Assembly (NCBI GenBank): GCA_964385685.1
Contig: CAYLQD010000001.1
Span: 13,432-77,431 of the forward strand
DNA length: 64,000 nt
Origin: an uncultured Planctomycetota bacterium
Lineage (GTDB): Bacteria > Planctomycetota > PUPC01
Direction of reading: 5' to 3'
Part shown: positions 49,267-64,000 of the stretch, piece by piece
Position numbering within the stretch: the stretch's first letter is position 1
How the letters are laid out: each line of letters starts with the position of its first letter
Program-made: the position numbers and the translations under genes
The notes under the pieces: generated by a model
Database searches by the model: none
Seen by the model: only the letters and a program-made list of their open reading frames with translations
Told to the model about the DNA's origin: nothing

Positions 49267-49530
49267 TTACTTCCTGCCCGAATGGCTCTTGAAGGTCCGG
49301 GTCGGCGCGAACTCGCCCAGCCGGTGCCCGACCATGTTCTCTGTGACATACACCCGGGCGAACGTCCGCCCGTTGTGCACGAGAAACGTGAACCCGACGA
49401 AGTCGGGGATGATGACCGATGCCCGCGACCAGGTCTGGATGCCCTCGGCGCTGCCGGAGTTCATCGCCCGGGCGACCTTCTTGAGCAGTTTCTCGGCCAC
49501 GAAGGGCCCTTTTTTCACCGATCGCGACAT
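49267..49530 (-). CDS. rpsS: 30S ribosomal protein S19
   Basis: [11 protein letters not shown]...GHRLGEF S19 signature. Confidence 0.9.
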   Translation of the reverse strand: MSRSVKKGPFVAEKLLKKVARAMNSGSAEGIQTWSRASVIIPDFVGFTFLVHNGRTFARVYVTENMVGHRLGEFAPTRTFKSHSGRK

Positions 49531-49551
49531 ATCGACTCCTTACGCCACATG

Positions 49552-50385
49552 TCAGCGCGACTTCGAGCGGCGGCGGACGATGAACTTGCTCGACGTCGAC
49601 CGTTTGCTGCGGGTCTTGCCGCCCTTCGCGAGCACGCCCGAGGGGGAGACGGGCGGGCGGCCACCGCCGCCTCGGCCTTCGCCACCGCCCATCGGGTGTG
49701 CGACAGGGTTCATCGCCGAGCCACGTACCTTCGGCCGCCGGCCCAGCCAGCGGTTCCGGCCGGCCTTGCCGATCTTGATCGCCGAGTGCTCGACGTTGCC
49801 GATCTGGCCGATCGTGCACAGGCATTTCTGGTGGATCCTTCGCACCTCGCCCGACGGCAGCGTGACGAGAGCGTGGGTCCCTTCCTTCGCCGAAACGGTC
49901 GCCGAGGTGCCTGCGCCGCGAACGAGCTTCGCGCCCCCGCCGGGTGTCAGTTCGATGTTGTGGACGGGCATGCCGGGCGGGACGCTGGCCAGCGGCATTG
50001 CGTTGCCGGGCTTCGGCTCGACGTCCGGGCCCGCGACCACCTGCTGTCCGACCAGCAGGCCCTTCGGGGCGAGGATATAGCGCTTCTCGCCGTCGGCGTA
50101 GTGCAGGAGCGCGATGCGGGCGCTCCGGTTCGGGTCGTATTCGATCGCGGCGACCTTGGCCGGCACGCCGACCTTGTCCCGCTTGAAATCGATGATGCGG
50201 TACCGCCGCTTGTGGCCGCCGCCGCGCCGCCGGCTCGTCAGGCGGCCGTTGCTGTTGCGCCCGCCGGTCTTCTTGAGCGACGTGGTCAGCGACTTCTCCG
50301 GCTTCGACTTCGTGACTTCGGCGAAGTCGGAGTGCGTCATCTGTCGCTGGCCGGGCGTCGTCGGTTTTCGTTTCTTCAGGGGCAT
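49552..50385 (-). CDS. rplB: 50S ribosomal protein L2
   Basis: Start ATG 50385 ([16 protein letters not shown]). Conserved GGGRPPV...H motif region. Confidence 0.9.
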   Translation of the reverse strand: MPLKKRKPTTPGQRQMTHSDFAEVTKSKPEKSLTTSLKKTGGRNSNGRLTSRRRGGGHKRRYRIIDFKRDKVGVPAKVAAIEYDPNRSARIALLHYADGEKRYILAPKGLLVGQQVVAGPDVEPKPGNAMPLASVPPGMPVHNIELTPGGGAKLVRGAGTSATVSAKEGTHALVTLPSGEVRRIHQKCLCTIGQIGNVEHSAIKIGKAGRNRWLGRRPKVRGSAMNPVAHPMGGGEGRGGGGRPPVSPSGVLAKGGKTRSKRSTSSKFIVRRRSKSR

Positions 50386-50387
50386 AG

Positions 50388-50693
50388 TTATCTCAGCTCG
50401 ATCTTGTGTCCTTCGCGCAGCGTGACGATTGCCTTCTTCCAGGCCGCCGTCTGCGTGCGGCCGCCGCGCCGCGTCCGCCGTTGCTTGCTCTGGCGCCACA
50501 ACGTGTTGACCGACTTGACCTTGACGTTGAAGATCGCCTCGATCGCCTGGCGGATCTCGGGCTTCGAGGCCCGGCGGTCGACCTTGAACGTATACTGGTT
50601 CAGCGCCCGGCCCTGCTGGTCTTCACCTTCCATGAGCTGCGTGCTCTTCTCGGTGATCACCGGCAGCAGGATGACTTTTCTCGGGTCGTCCAT
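50388..50693 (-). CDS. rplW: 50S ribosomal protein L23
   Basis: [11 protein letters not shown]...[20 protein letters not shown]23 signature. Confidence 0.9.
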   Translation of the reverse strand: MDDPRKVILLPVITEKSTQLMEGEDQQGRALNQYTFKVDRRASKPEIRQAIEAIFNVKVKSVNTLWRQSKQRRTRRGGRTQTAAWKKAIVTLREGHKIELR

Positions 50694-51343
50694 CAGCTTC
50701 CGCCGTCCGTTTCAGTGTCTTCGCCCTGGAACCGCTCGACGATGCTCTCGAGGGCTCGGCGGGTGACCACAAAGTCCCGCGGGCTCAGCAGGTCGTGTGC
50801 ATTGACATCGCGTATGCGCTTGATTCTAACGCCGGGCAGGTTCCGCACGGACTTGACGACGGGGTCCGCGGTGTTAAGTGTGGCGACGAGACACGTGCCC
50901 TGCACGCCGAGGTTCTTGAGTATCCGGGCGACCGCGCCGGTTTTGGGTTCGTCGAGCTTGAGATCGTCGAGGACGTGTGTGGCGGCTTGAAGCCGGTCGA
51001 GGTAGGCGCTCTTGAGTGCGGCGAGTCGTGCTTTCTTGGGAATCGAATAGCGGAAGCTTCTGGGCTGGGGCCCGTGTGCGACGCCGCCGCCGCGGTGGTG
51101 GGGCGCCACCATCGTGCCCTGCCGGGCGCGCCCTGTTCCCTTCTGGCGGAACGGTTTCCGCTGCGTGCCGTGGACGGCCACGCGATTCTTGGCCGAGGCC
51201 GTGCCCGTGCGGCTGTTGGCGCGGTGCATCAGGATGGCCTCGCGGAGCAACGGCCGGTTGACCTCGCCCCCGAAGACCGCCTCGTCGATCCGGAGCGAGT
51301 CGACCTTCTTGCCGTCGGCGTTATGAACGTCAAGTTCCAGCAT
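50693..51343 (-). CDS. rplD: 50S ribosomal protein L4
   Basis: [17 protein letters not shown]4 signature. Sits 3 nt downstream of rpsJ, so there is no rplC between them. Confidence 0.9.
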   Translation of the reverse strand: MLELDVHNADGKKVDSLRIDEAVFGGEVNRPLLREAILMHRANSRTGTASAKNRVAVHGTQRKPFRQKGTGRARQGTMVAPHHRGGGVAHGPQPRSFRYSIPKKARLAALKSAYLDRLQAATHVLDDLKLDEPKTGAVARILKNLGVQGTCLVATLNTADPVVKSVRNLPGVRIKRIRDVNAHDLLSPRDFVVTRRALESIVERFQGEDTETDGGS

Positions 51344-51346
51344 AAC

Positions 51347-51658
<312 letters not shown>

Positions 51659-51841
51659 CCATTCTCTCCTGTCCGCCCGCCGAGGGGCGGCTGTGACAGG
51701 GACCGCTTGCGCCCTGCGCGGGAACCACACAGGGCTTTTGGCCCCTGCGCAAAGATAGTATTCCCGCTGGCGGGCGGTGATAAATCCCGCCGCCGCAACG
51801 GGAAAAGATCGCCATTATAGTTACCGGCGCCGGATCGTCAA
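51659..51841 (-). promoter_or_regulatory. S10-operon promoter and structured leader
   Basis: Minus-strand TTGACG (51841-51836), 16-nt spacer, TATAAT (51819-51814), with an AT-rich UP-like tract upstream. About 150-nt leader with two GC hairpins (CAGGGGCC-AAAA-GCCCTG; CCGCCC-CTCGGC-GGGCGG) before the SD. Confidence 0.5.
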
Positions 51842-51890
51842 GCGAAAATCGACGCACGAAAAGGCATCTTTTTGTTGATTTCGCCGGCCA

Positions 51891-53969
<2,079 letters not shown>

Positions 53970-54028
53970 GTGTGCCGCGAGCCGGTTTCGCGATTGCGAA
54001 ACCGGCTCGGTTGATTATGAGCGTGTTC

Positions 54029-54502
54029 TTACCACGCGAAGTGCGAGAACGCCTTGTTGGCCTCGGCCATCTTGTGCACGTTCTCGCGCACGGTGATGGC
54101 CGCGCCCTCGCGGTTGAACGCGGCGACAAGCTCCGCGGCAAGTAACTCGTGCATGGGCTTGCCCGAGCGCTTGCGGACCGCGTCGCGTATCCAGCGGATG
54201 GCGAGACTGAGGCGGCGCTTGGGGGTGACCTGGACGGGCACCTGGTAGGTCGCTCCGCCGACCCGCTTCGCCCGGACCTCGACCTCGGGCTTGACGTTGG
54301 CGATCGCCGTCTCGAACACCTCGAGCGGCTCCTTGCCGCTGACCCGCTGGCCGATCATGTCCATCGCCTTGTAGACGATGCGCTCGGCCGTGGCCTTCTT
54401 GCCGTCCAGCATGAAGTTGTTGATGAACTTTGCCAGGAGCACGTTGTTGTACTTGACGTCCGGCTTCAGGAAGCGTTCGGTTGACTCAAACTTCTTTGAC
54501 AT
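54029..54502 (-). CDS. rpsG: 30S ribosomal protein S7
   Basis: 157 aa with conserved S7 motifs. Confidence 0.9.
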   Translation of the reverse strand: MSKKFESTERFLKPDVKYNNVLLAKFINNFMLDGKKATAERIVYKAMDMIGQRVSGKEPLEVFETAIANVKPEVEVRAKRVGGATYQVPVQVTPKRRLSLAIRWIRDAVRKRSGKPMHELLAAELVAAFNREGAAITVRENVHKMAEANKAFSHFAW

Positions 54503-54521
54503 GTGTTCCTCTTGATTCGTT

Positions 54522-54893
54522 CTACTTGGGCCGTTTGGCTCCGTACTTCGACCGGCTGCGGCGGCGGTCGTCGACGCCGCTGGCGTCGAGCGTGCCGCGG
54601 ACGATATGATAGCGCACGCCGGGCAGATCGCGAACGCGGCCGCCGCGCACGAGCACGATCGAGTGCTCCTGCAGGTTGTGGCCTTCGCCCGGGATGTAGG
54701 CCGTGACCTCGCGCCCGTTGGTCAGGCGCACGCGCGCGACCTTCCGCAGCGCGGAGTTGGGTTTCTTCGGTGTGCGGGTCATCACCTGAAGGCACACGCC
54801 CTTCCGCTGCGGGCACTTCTCCAGGTCGGGGCGCTTCCGCTTCTTCTTGATCTGCTTCCGTCCCTTCCGGACGAGCTGGTTCAGCGTCGGCAT
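54522..54893 (-). CDS. rpsL: 30S ribosomal protein S12
   Basis: [12 protein letters not shown]...[12 protein letters not shown]12 signature. AAAGGAGAC SD. Confidence 0.9.
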   Translation of the reverse strand: MPTLNQLVRKGRKQIKKKRKRPDLEKCPQRKGVCLQVMTRTPKKPNSALRKVARVRLTNGREVTAYIPGEGHNLQEHSIVLVRGGRVRDLPGVRYHIVRGTLDASGVDDRRRSRSKYGAKRPK

Positions 54894-54952
54894 ACGGCAT
54901 GTCTCCTTTCCGGCCGCCGCAGCCAGGGGCTGCTATGGCGGAGGCGGCTCGT

Positions 54953-60481
<5,529 letters not shown>

Positions 60482-60536
60482 CGTTGCCTCCGTTGTGCAA
60501 CCGGTGTGGCCCGCGGCGGCGCGGGCCGGAAATCTC

Positions 60537-64000
<3,464 letters not shown>

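Overview
This is a high-GC (about 68%, GC3 >90%) bacterial chromosomal segment with a very dense coding load. Two prepilin-type H-X9-DG (DUF1559) proteins suggest a Planctomycetota-like organism. Almost everything is on the minus strand and conserved. The housekeeping backbone is: rhomboid protease, dut, coaC/coaB, rpoZ-gmk-yicC, secG, tpiA, pheA, uvrA, the thrS-infC-rpmI-rplT-pheS cluster with a tRNA-Val, and a single uninterrupted str / S10 / spc / alpha ribosomal-protein super-operon that runs rpoB-rpoC-rpsL-rpsG-fusA, then rpsJ through rplQ. Three compositionally foreign segments stand out against this background, each with about 30-40% A/T at codon third positions versus under 10% in native genes. 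(1) A roughly 4.9 kb restriction-modification island at 3.6-8.6 kb. It encodes a single-chain Type IIG-like nuclease-methyltransferase-TRD protein, a translationally coupled HTH-methyltransferase, and a convergent Eco29kI-like GIY-YIG nuclease, all behind an operator-like palindrome. (2) A roughly 2 kb cassette of four unrecognised small genes wedged between rplQ (GTGA start/stop overlap) and tRNA-Val. (3) An in-frame insertion of about 935 nt inside rpoC that carries a Cys cluster and an HhH-GPD-like motif, making beta-prime 1842 aa. Smaller points are noted as findings: infC has no canonical start codon, rplC is missing from the S10 operon, there is a 1538-aa SurA/PpiD-like repeat chaperone, L24 has a zinc-ribbon tail, an AT-rich 370-bp non-coding region sits in a convergence zone, and several sigma70-like promoters are called. 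No CRISPR array, rRNA, transposase or integrase was seen.
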